From contig OZ024764.1 in NCBI GenBank assembly GCA_964016885.1, positions 186,001-250,000 on the forward strand: a DNA stretch of 64,000 nucleotides, given 5' to 3'. A program made the position numbers and the translations under genes. The notes below the pieces were generated by a model, which made no database searches, had not been told where the DNA came from, and saw nothing but the letters and a program-made list of their open reading frames with translations. The DNA comes from Eledone cirrhosa (taxonomy: Eukaryota). Position 1 is the stretch's first letter. The number at the start of each line of letters is the position of its first letter. Of this stretch, positions 11,201-26,200 are shown piece by piece.

Positions 11201-14200
11201 TTACTTTGAAGTTATGAACTGTTGGAAAGGAGTTAATTACTTTGAAGTTAAGAACCGTTGGAAAGGAGTTAATTACTTTGAAGTTATGGACTGTTGGAAA
11301 GGAGTTAATTACTTTGAAGTTATGGACTGTTGGAAAGGAGTTAATTACTTTGAAGTTATGAACTGTTGGAAAGGAGTTAATTACTTTGAAGTTATGAACT
11401 GTTGGAAAGTGTATAACTTTGAAGTTATGAACTGTTGGAAAGGAGTGTATAGCTTTGAAGTTATGAACTGTTGGAAAGGAGTTCATAACTTTGAAGTTAT
11501 GAACTGTTGGAAAGTGTATAACTTTGAAGTTATGAACTGTTGGAAAGGAGTTCATAACTTTGAAGTTATGAACTGTTGGAAAGGAGTTAATTACTTTGAA
11601 GTTATGAACTGTTAGAAAGGAGTTAATTACTTTGAAGTTATGAACTGTTGGAAAGGAGTTAATTACTTTGAAGTTATGAACTGTTGGAAAGGAGTTAATT
11701 ACTTTGAAGTTATGAACTGTTGGAAAGGAGTTAATTACTTTGAAGTTATGAACTGTTGGAAAGGAGTTTATAACTTTGAAGTTATGAACTGTTGGAAAGG
11801 AGTTAATTACTTTGAAGTTATGAACTGTTAGAAAGGAGTTAATTACTTTGAAGTTATGAACTGTTGGAAAGGAGTTAATTACTTTGAAGTTATGAACTGT
11901 TGGAAAGGAGTTCATAACTTTGAAGTTATGAACTGTTGGAAAGGAGTTTATAACTTTGAAGTTATGAACTGTTGGAAAGGAGTTCATAACTTTGAAGTTA
12001 TGAACTGTTGGAAAGGAGTTTATAACTTTGAAGTTACGAACTGTTGGAAAGGAGTTTATAGCTTTGAAGTTATGAACTGTTGGAAAGGAGTTTATAGCTT
12101 TGAAGTTATGAACTGTTGGAAAGGAGTGTATAGCTTTGAAGTTATGAACTGTTGGAAAAGAGTTCATAACTTTGAAGTTATGAACTGTTGGAAAGGAGTG
12201 TATAGCTTTGAAGTTATGAACTGTTGGAAAAGAGTTCATAACTTTGAAGTTATGAACTGTTGGAAAGGAGTGTATAGCTTTGAAGTTATGAACTGTTGCA
12301 AAGGAGTTCATAACTTTGAAGTTAAGAACTGTTGGAAAGGAGTTCATAACTTTGAAGTTAAGAACTGTTGGAAAGGAGTTAATTACTTTGAAGTTATGAA
12401 CTGTTGGAAAGGAGTTCATAACTTTGAAGTTAAGAACTGTTGGAAAGGAGTTAATTACTTTGAAGTTATGAACTGTTGGAAAGGAGTTAATTACTTTGAA
12501 GTTAAGAACTGTTGGAAAGGAGTTAATTACTTTGAAGTTATGAACTGTTGGAAAGGAGATTATAACTTTGGAGTTAAGAACTGTTGGAAAGGAGTTCATT
12601 ACTTTGAAGTTATGAACTGTTGGAAAGGAGTTCATAACTTTGAAGTTAAGAACTGTTGGAAAGGAGTTAATTACTTTGAAGTTATGAACTGTTGGAAAGG
12701 AGTTCATAACTTTGAAGTTAAGAACGGTTGGAAAGGAGTTGACAACTTTGAAGTTATGAACTGTTGGAAAGGAGTTCATAACTTTGAAGTTATGAACTGT
12801 TGGAAAGGATTTCATAACTTTGAAGTTATGAACTGTTGGAAAGGAGTTTATAACTTTGAAGTTATGAACTGTTGGAAAGGAGTTCATAACTTTGAAGTTA
12901 TGAACTGTTGGAAAGGATTTCATAACTTTGAAGTTATGAACTGTTGGAAAGGAGTTTATAACTTTGAAGTTATGAACTGTTGGAAAGGAGTTCATTACTT
13001 TGAAGTTATGAACTGTTGGAAAGGAGTTCATAACTTTGGAGTTAAGAACTGTTGGAAAGGAGTTCATAACTTTGAAGTTATGAAATGTTGGAAAGGAGTT
13101 TATAACTTTGAAGTTATGAACTGTTGGAAAGGATTTCATAACTTTGAAGTTATGAACTGTTGGAAAGGAGTTCATAACTTTGGAGTTATGAACTGTTGGA
13201 AAGGAGTTCATAACTTTGGAGTTATGAACTGTTGGAAAGGAGTTCATAACTTTGGAGTTAAGAACTGTTGGAAAGGAGTTCATTACTTTGAAGTTATGAA
13301 CTGTTGGAAAGGAGTTAATAACTTTGAAGTTAAGAACTGTTGGAAAGGAGTTAATTACTTTGAAGTTATGAACTGTTGGAAAGGAGTTCATAACTTTGAA
13401 GTTAAGAACTGTTGGAAAGGAGTTGACAACTTTGAAGTTATGAACTGTTGGAAAGGAGTTCATAACTTTGAAGTTATGAACTGTTGGAAAGGATTTCATA
13501 ACTTTGAAGTTATGAACTGTTGGAAAGGAGTTTATAACTTTGAAGTTATGAACTATTGGAAAGGAGTTCATAACTTTGAAGTTATGAACTGTTGGAAAGG
13601 AGTTCATAACTTTGGAGTTATGAACTGTTGGAAAGGAGTTCATAACTTTGGAGTTAAGAACTGTTGGAAAGGAGTTCATAACTTTGAAGTCATGAAATGT
13701 TGGAAAGGAGTTTATAACTTTGAAGTTATGAACTGTTGGAAAGGAGTTTATAACTTTGAAGTTATGAACTGTTGGAAAGGAGTTTATAACTTTGAAGTTA
13801 TGAACTGTTGGAAAGGAGTTCATAACTTTGAAGTTATGAACTGTTGGAAAGGAGTTTATAACTTTGAAGTTATGAACTGTTGGAAAGCAGTTCATAACTT
13901 TGAAGTTATGAACTGTTGGAAAGGAGTTCATAACTTTGAAGTTAAGAACTGTTGGAAAGGAGTTCATAACTTTGAAGTTATAAACTGTTGGAAAGGAGTT
14001 CATAACTTTGGAGTTATGAACTGTTGGAAAGGAGTTCATAACTTTGAAGTTATGAACTGTTGGAAAGGAGTTAATTACTTTGGAGTTATGAACTGTTGGA
14101 AAGGAGTTTATAACTTTGGAGTTATGAACTGTTGGAAAGGAGTTTATAACTTTGGAGTTAAGAACTGTTGGAAAGGAGTTCATAACTTTGAAGTTATGAA

Positions 14201-17200
14201 CTGTTGGAAAGGAGTTCATAACTTTGAAGTTAAGAACTGTTGGAAAGGAGTTAATTACTTTGAAGTTATGAACTGTTGGAAAGGAGTTCATAACTTTGAA
14301 GTTATGGACTGTTGGAAAGGAGTTCATAACTTTGAAGTTATGAACTGTTGGAAAGGAGTTCATAACTTTGAAGTTATGAACTGTTGGAAAGGAGTTAATT
14401 ACTTTGAAGTTATGAACTGTTGGAAAGGAGTTCATAACTTTGAAGTTAAGAACTGTCGGAAAGGATTTCATAACTTTGGAGTTATGAACTGTTGGAAAGG
14501 AGTGTATAGCTTTGAAGTTATGAACTGTTGGAAAAGAGTTCATAACTTTGAAGTTATGAACTGTTGGATAGGAGTTAATTACTTTGAAGTTATGAACTGT
14601 TGGAAAGGAGTTCATAACTTTGAAGTTAAGAACTGTTGGAAAGGAGTTAATTACTTTGAAGTTATGAACTGTTGGAAAGGAGTTAATTACTTTGAAGTTA
14701 AGAACTGTTGGAAAGGAGTTAATTACTTTGAAGTTATGAACTGTTGGAAAGGAGATTATAACTTTGGAGTTAAGAACTGTTGGAAAGGAGTTCATTACTT
14801 TGAAGTTATGAACTGTTGGAAAGGAGTTTATAACTTTGGAGTTATGAACTGTTGGAAAGGAGTTCATTACTTTGAAGTTATGAACTGTTGGAAAGGAGTT
14901 CATAACTTTGAAGTTAAGAACTGTTGGAAAGGAGTTCATTACGTTGAAGTTATGAACTGTTGGAAAGGAGTTCATAACTTTGAAGTTAAGAACTGTTGGA
15001 AAGGAGTTAATTACTTTGAAGTTATGAACTGTTGGAAAGGAGTTCATAACTTTGAAGTTATGAACTGTTGGAAAGGATTTCATAACTTTGAAGTTATGAA
15101 CTGTTGGAAACGAGTTTATAACTTTGAAGTTATGAACTGTTGGAAAGGAGTTCATAACTTTGAAGTTATGAACTGTTGGAAAGGAGTTCATAACTTTGGA
15201 GTTATGAACTGTTGGAAAGGAGTTCATAACTTTGGAGTTAAGAACTGTTGGAAAGGAGTTCATAACTTTGAAGTTATGAAATGTTGGAAAGGAGTTTATA
15301 ACTTTGAAGTTATGAAATGTTGGAAAGGAGTTTATAACTTTGAAGTTATGAACTGTTGGAAAGGAGTTTATAACTTTGAAGTTATGAACTGTTGGAAAGG
15401 AGTTCATAACTTTGAAGTTATGAACTGTTGGAAAGGAGTTTATAACTTTGAAGTTATGAACTGTTGGAAAGGAGTTCATAACTTTGCAGTTATGAACTGT
15501 TGTAAAGGAGTTCATAACTTTGAAGTTATGAACTGTTGGAAAGGATTTCATAACTTTGAAGTTATGAACTGTTGGAAAGGAGTTCATAACTTTGGAGTTA
15601 TGAACTGTTGGAAAGGAGTTCATAACTTTGAAGTTATGAAATGTTGGAAAGGAGTTTATAACTTTGAAGTTATGAACTGTTGGAAAGGAGATAATAACTT
15701 TGAAGTTATGAACTGTTGGAAAGGAGTTCATAACTTTGAAGTTATGAACTGTTGGAAAGGAGTTTATAACTTTGAAGTTATGAACTGTTGGAAAGCAGTT
15801 CATAACTTTGAAGTTATTAACTGTTGGAAAGGAGTTCATAACTTTGAAGTTATGAACTGTTGGAAAGGATTTCATAACTTTGAAGTTATGAACTGTTGGA
15901 AAGGAGTTCATAACTTTGGAGTTATGAACTGTTGGAAAGGAGTTCATAACTTTGGAGTTAAGAACTGTTGGAAAGGAGTTTATAACTTTGGAGTTATGAA
16001 CTGTTGGAAAGGAGTTCATAACTTTGAAGTTAAGAACTGTTGGAAAGGAGTTCATAACTTTGAAGTTATAAACTGTTGGAAAGGAGTTCATAACTTTGGA
16101 GTTATGAACTGTTGGAAAGGAGTTCATAACTTTGAAGTTATGAACTGTTGGAAAGGAGTTAATTACTTTGGAGTTATGAACTGTTGGAAAGGAGTTTATA
16201 ACTTTGGAGTTATGAACTGTTGGAAAGGAGTTTATAACTTTGGAGTTAAGAACTGTTGGAAAGGAGTTCATAACTTTGAAGTTATGAACTGTTGGAAAGG
16301 AGTTCATAACTTTGAAGTTAAGAACTGTTGGAAAGGAGTTAATTACTTTGAAGTTATGAACTGTTGGAAAGGAGTTCATAACTTTGAAGTTATGGACTGT
16401 TGGAAAGGAGTTCATAACTTTGAAGTTATGAACTGTTGGAAAGGAGTTCATAACTTTGAAGTTATGAACTGTTGGAAAGGAGTTAATTACTTTGAAGTTA
16501 TGAACTGTTGGAAAGGAGTTCATAACTTTGAAGTTAAGAACTGTCGGAAAGGATTTCATAACTTTGGAGTTATGAACTGTTGGAAAGGAGTTTATAACTT
16601 TGAAGTTATGAACTGTTGGAAAGGAGTTTATAACTTTGAAGTTATGAACTGTTGGAAAGGAGTTCATTACTTTGAAGTTATGAACTGTTGGAAAGGAGTT
16701 CATAACTTTGGAGTTAAGAACTGTTGGAAAGGAGTTCATAACTTTGAAGTTATGAAATGTTGGAAAGGAGTTTATAACTTTGAAGTTATGAACTGTTGGA
16801 TAGGATTTCATAACTTTGAAGTTATGAACTGTTGGAAAGGAGTTCATAACTTTGGAGTTATGAACTGTTGGAAAGGAGTTCATAACTTTGGAGTTATGAA
16901 CTGTTGGAAAGGAGTTCATAACTTTGGAGTTAAGAACTGTTGGAAAGGAGTTCATTACTTTGAAGTTATGAACTGTTGGAAAGGAGTTAATAACTTTGAA
17001 GTTAAGAACTGTTGGAAAGGAGTTAATTACTTTGAAGTTATGAACTGTTGGAAAGGAGTTCATAACTTTGAAGTTAAGAACTGTTGGAAAGGAGTTGACA
17101 ACTTTGAAGTTATGAACTGTTGGAAAGGAGTTCATAACTTTGAAGTTATGAACTGTTGGAAAGGATTTCATAACTTTGAAGTTATGAACTGTTGGAAAGG

Positions 17201-20200
17201 AGTTTATAACTTTGAAGTTATGAACTATTGGAAAGGAGTTCATAACTTTGAAGTTATGAACTGTTGGAAAGGAGTTCATAACTTTGGAGTTATGAACTGT
17301 TGGAAAGGAGTTCATAACTTTGGAGTTAAGAACTGTTGGAAAGGAGTTCATAACTTTGGAGTTAAGAACTGTTGGAAAGGAGTTTATAACTTTGGAGTTA
17401 TGAACTGTTGGAAAGGAGTTCATAACTTTGAAGTTAAGAACTGTTGGAAAGGAGTTCATAACTTTGAAGTTATAAACTGTTGGAAAGGAGTTCATAACTT
17501 TGGAGTTATGAACTGTTGGAAAGGAGTTCATAACTTTGAAGTTATGAACTGTTGGAAAGGAGTTAATTACTTTGGAGTTATGAACTGTTGGAAAGGAGTT
17601 TATAACTTTGGAGTTATGAACTGTTGGAAAGGAGTTTATAACTTTGGAGTTAAGAACTGTTGGAAAGGAGTTCATAACTTTGAAGTTATGAACTGTTGGA
17701 AAGGAGTTCATAACTTTGAAGTTAAGAACTGTTGGAAAGGAGTTAATTACTTTGAAGTTATGAACTGTTGGAAAGGAGTTCATAACTTTGAAGTTATGGA
17801 CTGTTGGAAAGGAGTTCATAACTTTGAAGTTATGAACTGTTGGAAAGGAGTTCATAACTTTGAAGTTATGAACTGTTGGAAAGGAGTTAATTACTTTGAA
17901 GTTATGAACTGTTGGAAAGGAGTTCATAACTTTGAAGTTAAGAACTGTCGGAAAGGATTTCATAACTTTGGAGTTATGAACTGTTGGAAAGGAGTGTATA
18001 GCTTTGAAGTTATGAACTGTTGGAAAAGAGTTCATAACTTTGAAGTTATGAACTGTTGGAAAGGAGTTAATTACTTTGAAGTTATGAACTGTTGGAAAGG
18101 AGTTCATAACTTTGAAGTTAAGAACTGTTGGAAAGGAGTTAATTACTTTGAAGTTATGAACTGTTGGAAAGGAGTTAATTACTTTGAAGTTAAGAACTGT
18201 TGGAAAGGAGTTAATTACTTTGAAGTTATGAACTGTTGGAAAGGAGATTATAACTTTGGAGTTAAGAACTGTTGGAAAGGAGTTCATTACTTTGAAGTTA
18301 TGAACTGTTGAAAAGGAGTTTATAACTTTGGAGTTATGAACTGTTGGAAAGGAGTTCATTACTTTGAAGTTATGAACTGTTGGAAAGGAGTTCATAACTT
18401 TGAAGTTAAGAACTGTTGGAAAGGAGTTCATTACGTTGAAGTTATGAACTGTTGGAAAGGAGTTCATAACTTTGAAGTTAAGAACTGTTGGAAAGGAGTT
18501 AATTACTTTGAAGTTATGAACTGTTGGAAAGGAGTTCATAACTTTGAAGTTATGAACTGTTGGAAAGGATTTCATAACTTTGAAGTTATGAACTGTTGGA
18601 AACGAGTTTATAACTTTGAAGTTATGAACTGTTGGAAAGGAGTTTATAACTTTGGAGTTATGAACTGTTGGAAAGGAGTTTATAACTTTGGAGTTAAGAA
18701 CTGTTGGAAAGGAGTTCATAACTTTGAAGTTATGAACTGTTGGAAAGGAGTTCATAACTTTGAAGTTAAGAACTGTTGGAAAGGAGTTAATTACTTTGAA
18801 GTTATGAACTGTTGGAAAGGAGTTCATAACTTTGAAGTTATGGACTGTTGGAAAGGAGTTCATAACTTTGAAGTTATGAACTGTTGGAAAGGAGTTCATA
18901 ACTTTGAAGTTATGAACTGTTGGAAAGGAGTTAATTACTTTGAAGTTATGAACTGTTGGAAAGGAGTTCATAACTTTGAAGTTAAGAACTGTCGGAAAGG
19001 ATTTCATAACTTTGGAGTTATGAACTGTTGGAAAGGAGTTTATAACTTTGAAGTTATGAACTGTTGGAAAGGAGTTTATAACTTTGAAGTTATGAACTGT
19101 TGGAAAGGAGTTCATTACTTTGAAGTTATGAACTGTTGGAAAGGAGTTCATAACTTTGGAGTTAAGAACTGTTGGAAAGGAGTTCATAACTTTGAAGTTA
19201 TGAAATGTTGGAAAGGAGTTTATAACTTTGAAGTTATGAACTGTTGGATAGGATTTCATAACTTTGAAGTTATGAACTGTTGGAAAGGAGTTCATAACTT
19301 TGGAGTTATGAACTGTTGGAAAGGAGTTCATAACTTTGGAGTTATGAACTGTTGGAAAGGAGTTCATAACTTTGGAGTTAAGAACTGTTGGAAAGGAGTT
19401 CATTACTTTGAAGTTATGAACTGTTGGAAAGGAGTTAATAACTTTGAAGTTAAGAACTGTTGGAAAGGAGTTAATTACTTTGAAGTTATGAACTGTTGGA
19501 AAGGAGTTCATAACTTTGAAGTTAAGAACTGTTGGAAAGGAGTTGACAACTTTGAAGTTATGAACTGTTGGAAAGGAGTTCATAACTTTGAAGTTATGAA
19601 CTGTTGGAAAGGATTTCATAACTTTGAAGTTATGAACTGTTGGAAAGGAGTTTATAACTTTGAAGTTATGAACTATTGGAAAGGAGTTCATAACTTTGAA
19701 GTTATGAACTGTTGGAAAGGAGTTCATAACTTTGGAGTTATGAACTGTTGGAAAGGAGTTCATAACTTTGGAGTTAAGAACTGTTGGAAAGGAGTTCATA
19801 ACTTTGGAGTTAAGAACTGTTGGAAAGGAGTTTATAACTTTGGAGTTATGAACTGTTGGAAAGGAGTTCATAACTTTGAAGTTAAGAACTGTTGGAAAGG
19901 AGTTCATAACTTTGAAGTTATAAACTGTTGGAAAGGAGTTCATAACTTTGGAGTTATGAACTGTTGGAAAGGAGTTCATAACTTTGAAGTTATGAACTGT
20001 TGGAAAGGAGTTAATTACTTTGGAGTTATGAACTGTTGGAAAGGAGTTTATAACTTTGGAGTTATGAACTGTTGGAAAGGAGTTTATAACTTTGGAGTTA
20101 AGAACTGTTGGAAAGGAGTTCATAACTTTGAAGTTATGAACTGTTGGAAAGGAGTTCATAACTTTGAAGTTAAGAACTGTTGGAAAGGAGTTAATTACTT

Positions 20201-23200
20201 TGAAGTTATGAACTGTTGGAAAGGAGTTCATAACTTTGAAGTTATGGACTGTTGGAAAGGAGTTCATAACTTTGAAGTTATGAACTGTTGGAAAGGAGTT
20301 CATAACTTTGAAGTTATGAACTGTTGGAAAGGAGTTAATTACTTTGAAGTTATGAACTGTTGGAAAGGAGTTCATAACTTTGAAGTTAAGAACTGTCGGA
20401 AAGGATTTCATAACTTTGGAGTTATGAACTGTTGGAAAGGAGTGTATAGCTTTGAAGTTATGAACTGTTGGAAAAGAGTTCATAACTTTGAAGTTATGAA
20501 CTGTTGGAAAGGAGTTAATTACTTTGAAGTTATGAACTGTTGGAAAGGAGTTCATAACTTTGAAGTTAAGAACTGTTGGAAAGGAGTTAATTACTTTGAA
20601 GTTATGAACTGTTGGAAAGGAGTTAATTACTTTGAAGTTAAGAACTGTTGGAAAGGAGTTAATTACTTTGAAGTTATGAACTGTTGGAAAGGAGATTATA
20701 ACTTTGGAGTTAAGAACTGTTGGAAAGGAGTTCATTACTTTGAAGTTATGAACTGTTGAAAAGGAGTTTATAACTTTGGAGTTATGAACTGTTGGAAAGG
20801 AGTTCATTACTTTGAAGTTATGAACTGTTGGAAAGGAGTTCATAACTTTGAAGTTAAGAACTGTTGGAAAGGAGTTCATTACGTTGAAGTTATGAACTGT
20901 TGGAAAGGAGTTCATAACTTTGAAGTTAAGAACTGTTGGAAAGGAGTTAATTACTTTGAAGTTATGAACTGTTGGAAAGGAGTTCATAACTTTGAAGTTA
21001 TGAACTGTTGGAAAGGATTTCATAACTTTGAAGTTATGAACTGTTGGAAACGAGTTTATAACTTTGAAGTTATGAACTGTTGGAAAGGAGTTCATAACTT
21101 TGAAGTTATGAACTGTTGGAAAGGAGTTCATAACTTTGGAGTTATGAACTGTTGGAAAGGAGTTCATAACTTTGGAGTTAAGAACTGTTGGAAAGGAGTT
21201 CATAACTTTGAAGTTATGAAATGTTGGAAAGGAGTTTATAACTTTGAAGTTATGAAATGTTGGAAAGGAGTTTATAACTTTGAAGTTATGAACTGTTGGA
21301 AAGGAGTTTATAACTTTGAAGTTATGAACTGTTGGAAAGGAGTTCATAACTTTGAAGTTATGAACTGTTGGAAAGGAGTTTATAACTTTGAAGTTATGAA
21401 CTGTTGGAAAGGAGTTCATAACTTTGAAGTTATGAACTGTTGTAAAGGAGTTCATAACTTTGAAGTTATGAACTGTTGGAAAGGATTTCATAACTTTGAA
21501 GTTATGAACTGTTGGAAAGGAGTTCATAACTTTGGAGTTATGAACTGTTGGAAAGGAGTTCATAACTTTGAAGTTATGAAATGTTGGAAAGGAGTTTATA
21601 ACTTTGAAGTTATGAACTGTTGGAAAGGAGTTTATAACTTTGAAGTTATGAACTGTTGGAAAGGAGTTCATAACTTTGAAGTTATGAACTGTTGGAAAGG
21701 AGTTTATAACTTTGAAGTTATGAACTGTTGGAAAGCAGTTCATAACTTTGAAGTTATTAACTGTTGGAAAGGAGTTCATAACTTTGAAGTTATGAACTGT
21801 TGGAAAGGATTTCATAACTTTGAAGTTATGAACTGTTGGAAAGGAGTTCATAACTTTGGAGTTATGAACTGTTGGAAAGGAGTTCATAACTTTGGAGTTA
21901 AGAACTGTTGGAAAGGAGTTTATAACTTTGGAGTTATGAACTGTTGGAAAGGAGTTCATAACTTTGAAGTTAAGAACTGTTGGAAAGGAGTTCATAACTT
22001 TGAAGTTATAAACTGTTGGAAAGGAGTTCATAACTTTGGAGTTATGAACTGTTGGAAAGGAGTTCATAACTTTGAAGTTATGAACTGTTGGAAAGGAGTT
22101 AATTACTTTGGAGTTATGAACTGTTGGAAAGGAGTTTATAACTTTGGAGTTATGAACTGTTGGAAAGGAGTTTATAACTTTGGAGTTAAGAACTGTTGGA
22201 AAGGAGTTCATAACTTTGAAGTTATGAACTGTTGGAAAGGAGTTCATAACTTTGAAGTTAAGAACTGTTGGAAAGGAGTTAATTACTTTGAAGTTATGAA
22301 CTGTTGGAAAGGAGTTCATAACTTTGAAGTTATGGACTGTTGGAAAGGAGTTCATAACTTTGAAGTTATGAACTGTTGGAAAGGAGTTCATAACTTTGAA
22401 GTTATGAACTGTTGGAAAGGAGTTAATTACTTTGAAGTTATGAACTGTTGGAAAGGAGTTCATAACTTTGAAGTTAAGAACTGTCGGAAAGGATTTCATA
22501 ACTTTGGAGTTATGAACTGTTGGAAAGGAGTTTATAACTTTGAAGTTATGAACTGTTGGAAAGGAGTTTATAACTTTGAAGTTATGAACTGTTAGAAAGG
22601 AGTTCATTACTTTGAAGTTATGAACTGTTGGAAAGGAGTTCATAACTTTGGAGTTAAGAACTGTTGGAAAGGAGTTCATAACTTTGAAGTTATGAAATGT
22701 TGGAAAGGAGTTTATAACTTTGAAGTTATGAACTGTTGGAAAGGATTTCATAACTTTGAAGTTATGAACTGTTGGAAAGGAGTTCATAACTTTGGAGTTA
22801 TGAACTGTTGGAAAGGAGTTCATAACTTTGGAGTTATGAACTGTTGGAAAGGAGTTCATAACTTTGGAGGTAAGAACTGTTGGAAAGGAGTTCATTACTT
22901 TGAAGTTATGAACTGTTGGAAAGGAGTTAATAACTTTGAAGTTAAGAACTGTTGGAAAGGAGTTAATTACTTTGAAGTTATGAACTGTTGGAAAGGAGTT
23001 CATAACTTTGAAGTTAAGAACTGTTGGAAAGGAGTTGACAACTTTGAAGTTATGAACTGTTGGAAAGGAGTTCATAACTTTGAAGTTATGAACTGTTGGA
23101 AAGGATTTCATAACTTTTAAGTTATGAACTGTTGGAAAGGAGTTTATAACTTTGAAGTTATGAACTATTGGAAAGGAGTTCATAACTTTGAAGTTATGAA

Positions 23201-26200
23201 CTGTTGGAAAGGAGTTCATAACTTTGGAGTTATGAACTGTTGGAAAGGAGTTCATAACTTTGGAGTTAAGAACTGTTGGAAAGGAGTTCATAACTTTGAA
23301 GTTATGAAATGTTGGAAAGGAGTTTATAACTTTGAAGTTATGAACTGTTGGAAAGGAGTTTATAACTTTGAAGTTATGAACTGTTGGAAAGGAGTTTATA
23401 ACTTTGAAGTTATGAACTGTTGGAAAGGAGTTCATAACTTTGAAGTTATGAACTGTTGGAAAGGAGTTTATAACTTTGAAGTTATGAACTGTTGGAAAGC
23501 AGTTCATAACTTTGAAGTTATTAACTGTTGGAAAGGAGTTCATAACTTTGAAGTTATGAACTGTTGGAAAGGATTTCATAACTTTGAAGTTATGAACTGT
23601 TGGAAAGGAGTTCATAACTTTGGAGTTATGAACTGTTGGAAAGGAGTTCATAACTTTGGAGTTAAGAACTGTTGGAAAGGAGTTTATAACTTTGGAGTTA
23701 TGAACTGTTGGAAAGGAGTTCATAACTTTGAAGTTAAGAACTGTTGGAAAGGAGTTCATAACTTTGAAGTTATAAACTGTTGGAAAGGAGTTCATAACTT
23801 TGGAGTTATGAACTGTTGGAAAGGAGTTCATAACTTTGAAGTTATGAACTGTTGGAAAGGAGTTAATTACTTTGGAGTTATGAACTGTTGGAAAGGAGTT
23901 TATAACTTTGGAGTTATGAACTGTTGGAAAGGAGTTTATAACTTTGGAGTTAAGAACTGTTGGAAAGGAGTTCATAACTTTGAAGTTAAGAACTGTTGGA
24001 AAGGAGTTAATTACTTTGAAGTTATGAACTGTTGGAAAGGAGTTCATAACTTTGAAGTTATGGACTGTTGGAAAGGAGTTCATAACTTTGAAGTTATGAA
24101 CTGTTGGAAAGGAGTGTATAGCTTTGAAGTTATGAACTGTTGGAAAAGAGTTCATAACTTTGAAGTTATGAACTGTTGGAAAGGAGTTAATTACTTTGAA
24201 GTTATGAACTGTTGGAAAGGAGTTCATAACTTTGAAGTTATGAACTGTTGGAAAGGAGTTTATAACTTTGGAGTTATGAACTGTTGGAAAGGAGTTCATT
24301 ACTTTGAAGATATGAACTGTTGGAAAGGAGTTCATAACTTTGAAGTTAAGAACTGTTGGAAAGGAGTTCATTACGTTGAAGTTATGAACTGTTGGAAAGG
24401 AGTTCATAACTTTGAAGTTAAGAACTGTTGGAAAGGAGTTAATTACTTTGAAGTTATGAACTGTTGGAAAGGAGTTCATAACTTTGAAGTTATGAACTGT
24501 TGGAAAGGATTTCATAACTTTGAAGTTATGAACTGTTGGAAACGAGTTTATAACTTTGAAGTTATGAACTGTTGGAAAGGAGTTCATAACTTTGAAGTTA
24601 TGAACTGTTGGAAAGGAGTTCATAACTTTGGAGTTATGAACTGTTGGAAAGGAGTTCATAACTTTGGAGTTAAGAACTGTTGGAAAGGAGTTCATAACTT
24701 TGAAGTTATGAAATGTTGGAAAGGAGTTTATAACTTTGAAGTTATGAAATGTTGGAAAGGAGTTTATAACTTTGAAGTTATGAACTGTTGGAAAGGAGTT
24801 CATAACTTTGAAGTTATGAACTGTTGGAAAGGAGTTTATAACTTTGAAGTTATGAACTGTTGGAAAGCAGTTCATAACTTTGAAGTTATTAACTGTTGGA
24901 AAGGAGTTCATAACTTTGAAGTTATGAACTGTTGGAAAGGATTTCATAACTTTGAAGTTATGAACTGTTGGAAAGGAGTTCATAACTTTGGAGTTATGAA
25001 CTGTTGGAAAGGAGTTCATAACTTTGGAGTTAAGAACTGTTGGAAAGGAGTTTATAACTTTGGAGTTATGAACTGTTGGAAAGGAGTTCATAACTTTGTA
25101 GTTATAAACTGTTGGAAAGGAGTTCATAACTTTGGAGTTATGAACTGTTGGAAAGGAGTTCATAACTTTGAAGTTATGAACTGTTGGAAAGGAGTTAATT
25201 ACTTTGGAGTTATGAACTGTTGGAAAGGAGTTTATAACTTTGGAGTTATGAACTGTTGGAAAGGAGTTTATAACTTTGGAGTTAAGAACTGTTGGAAAGG
25301 AGTTCATAACTTTGAAGTTATGAACTGTTGGAAAGGAGTTCATAACTTTGAAGTTAAGAACTGTTGGAAAGGAGTTAATTACTTTGAAGTTATGAACTGT
25401 TGGAAAGGAGTTCATAACTTTGAAGTTATGGACTGTTGGAAAGGAGTTCATAACTTTAAAGTTATGAACTGTTGGAAAGGAGTTCATAACTTTGAAGTTA
25501 TGAACTGTTGGAAAGGAGTTAATTACTTTGAAGTTATGAACTGTTGGAAAGGAGTTCATAACTTTGAAGTTAAGAACTGTCGGAAAGGATTTCATAACTT
25601 TGGAGTTATGAACTGTTGGAAAGGAGTTTATAACTTTGAAGTTATGAACTGTTGGAAAGGAGTGTATAGCTTTGAAGTTATGAACTGTTGGAAAGGAGTT
25701 CATAACTTTGAAGTTATGAACTGTTGGAAAGGAGTTCATAACTTTGAAGTTATGAACTGTTGGAAAGGAGTGTATAGCTTTGAAGTTATGAACTGTTGGA
25801 AAGGATTTCATAGCTTTGAAGTTATGAACTGTTGGAAAAGAGTTCTTAACTTTGAAGTTATGAACTGTTGGAAAGGAGTTCATAACTTTGAAGTTAAGAA
25901 CTGTTGGAAAGGAGTTAATTACTTTGTAGTTATGAACTGTTGGAAAGGAGTTCATAACTTTGAAGTTAAGAACTGTTGGAAAGGAGTTAATTACTTTGAA
26001 GTTATGAACTGTTGGAAAGGAGTTCATAACTTTGAAGTTATGAACTGTTGGAAAGGAGATTATAACTTTGGAGTTAAGAACTGTTGGAAAGGAGTTCATT
26101 ACTTTGAAGTTATGAACTGTTGGAAAGGAGTTTATAACTTTGGAGTTATGAACTGTTGGAAAGGAGTTAATTACTTTGAAGTTATGAACTGTTGGAAAGG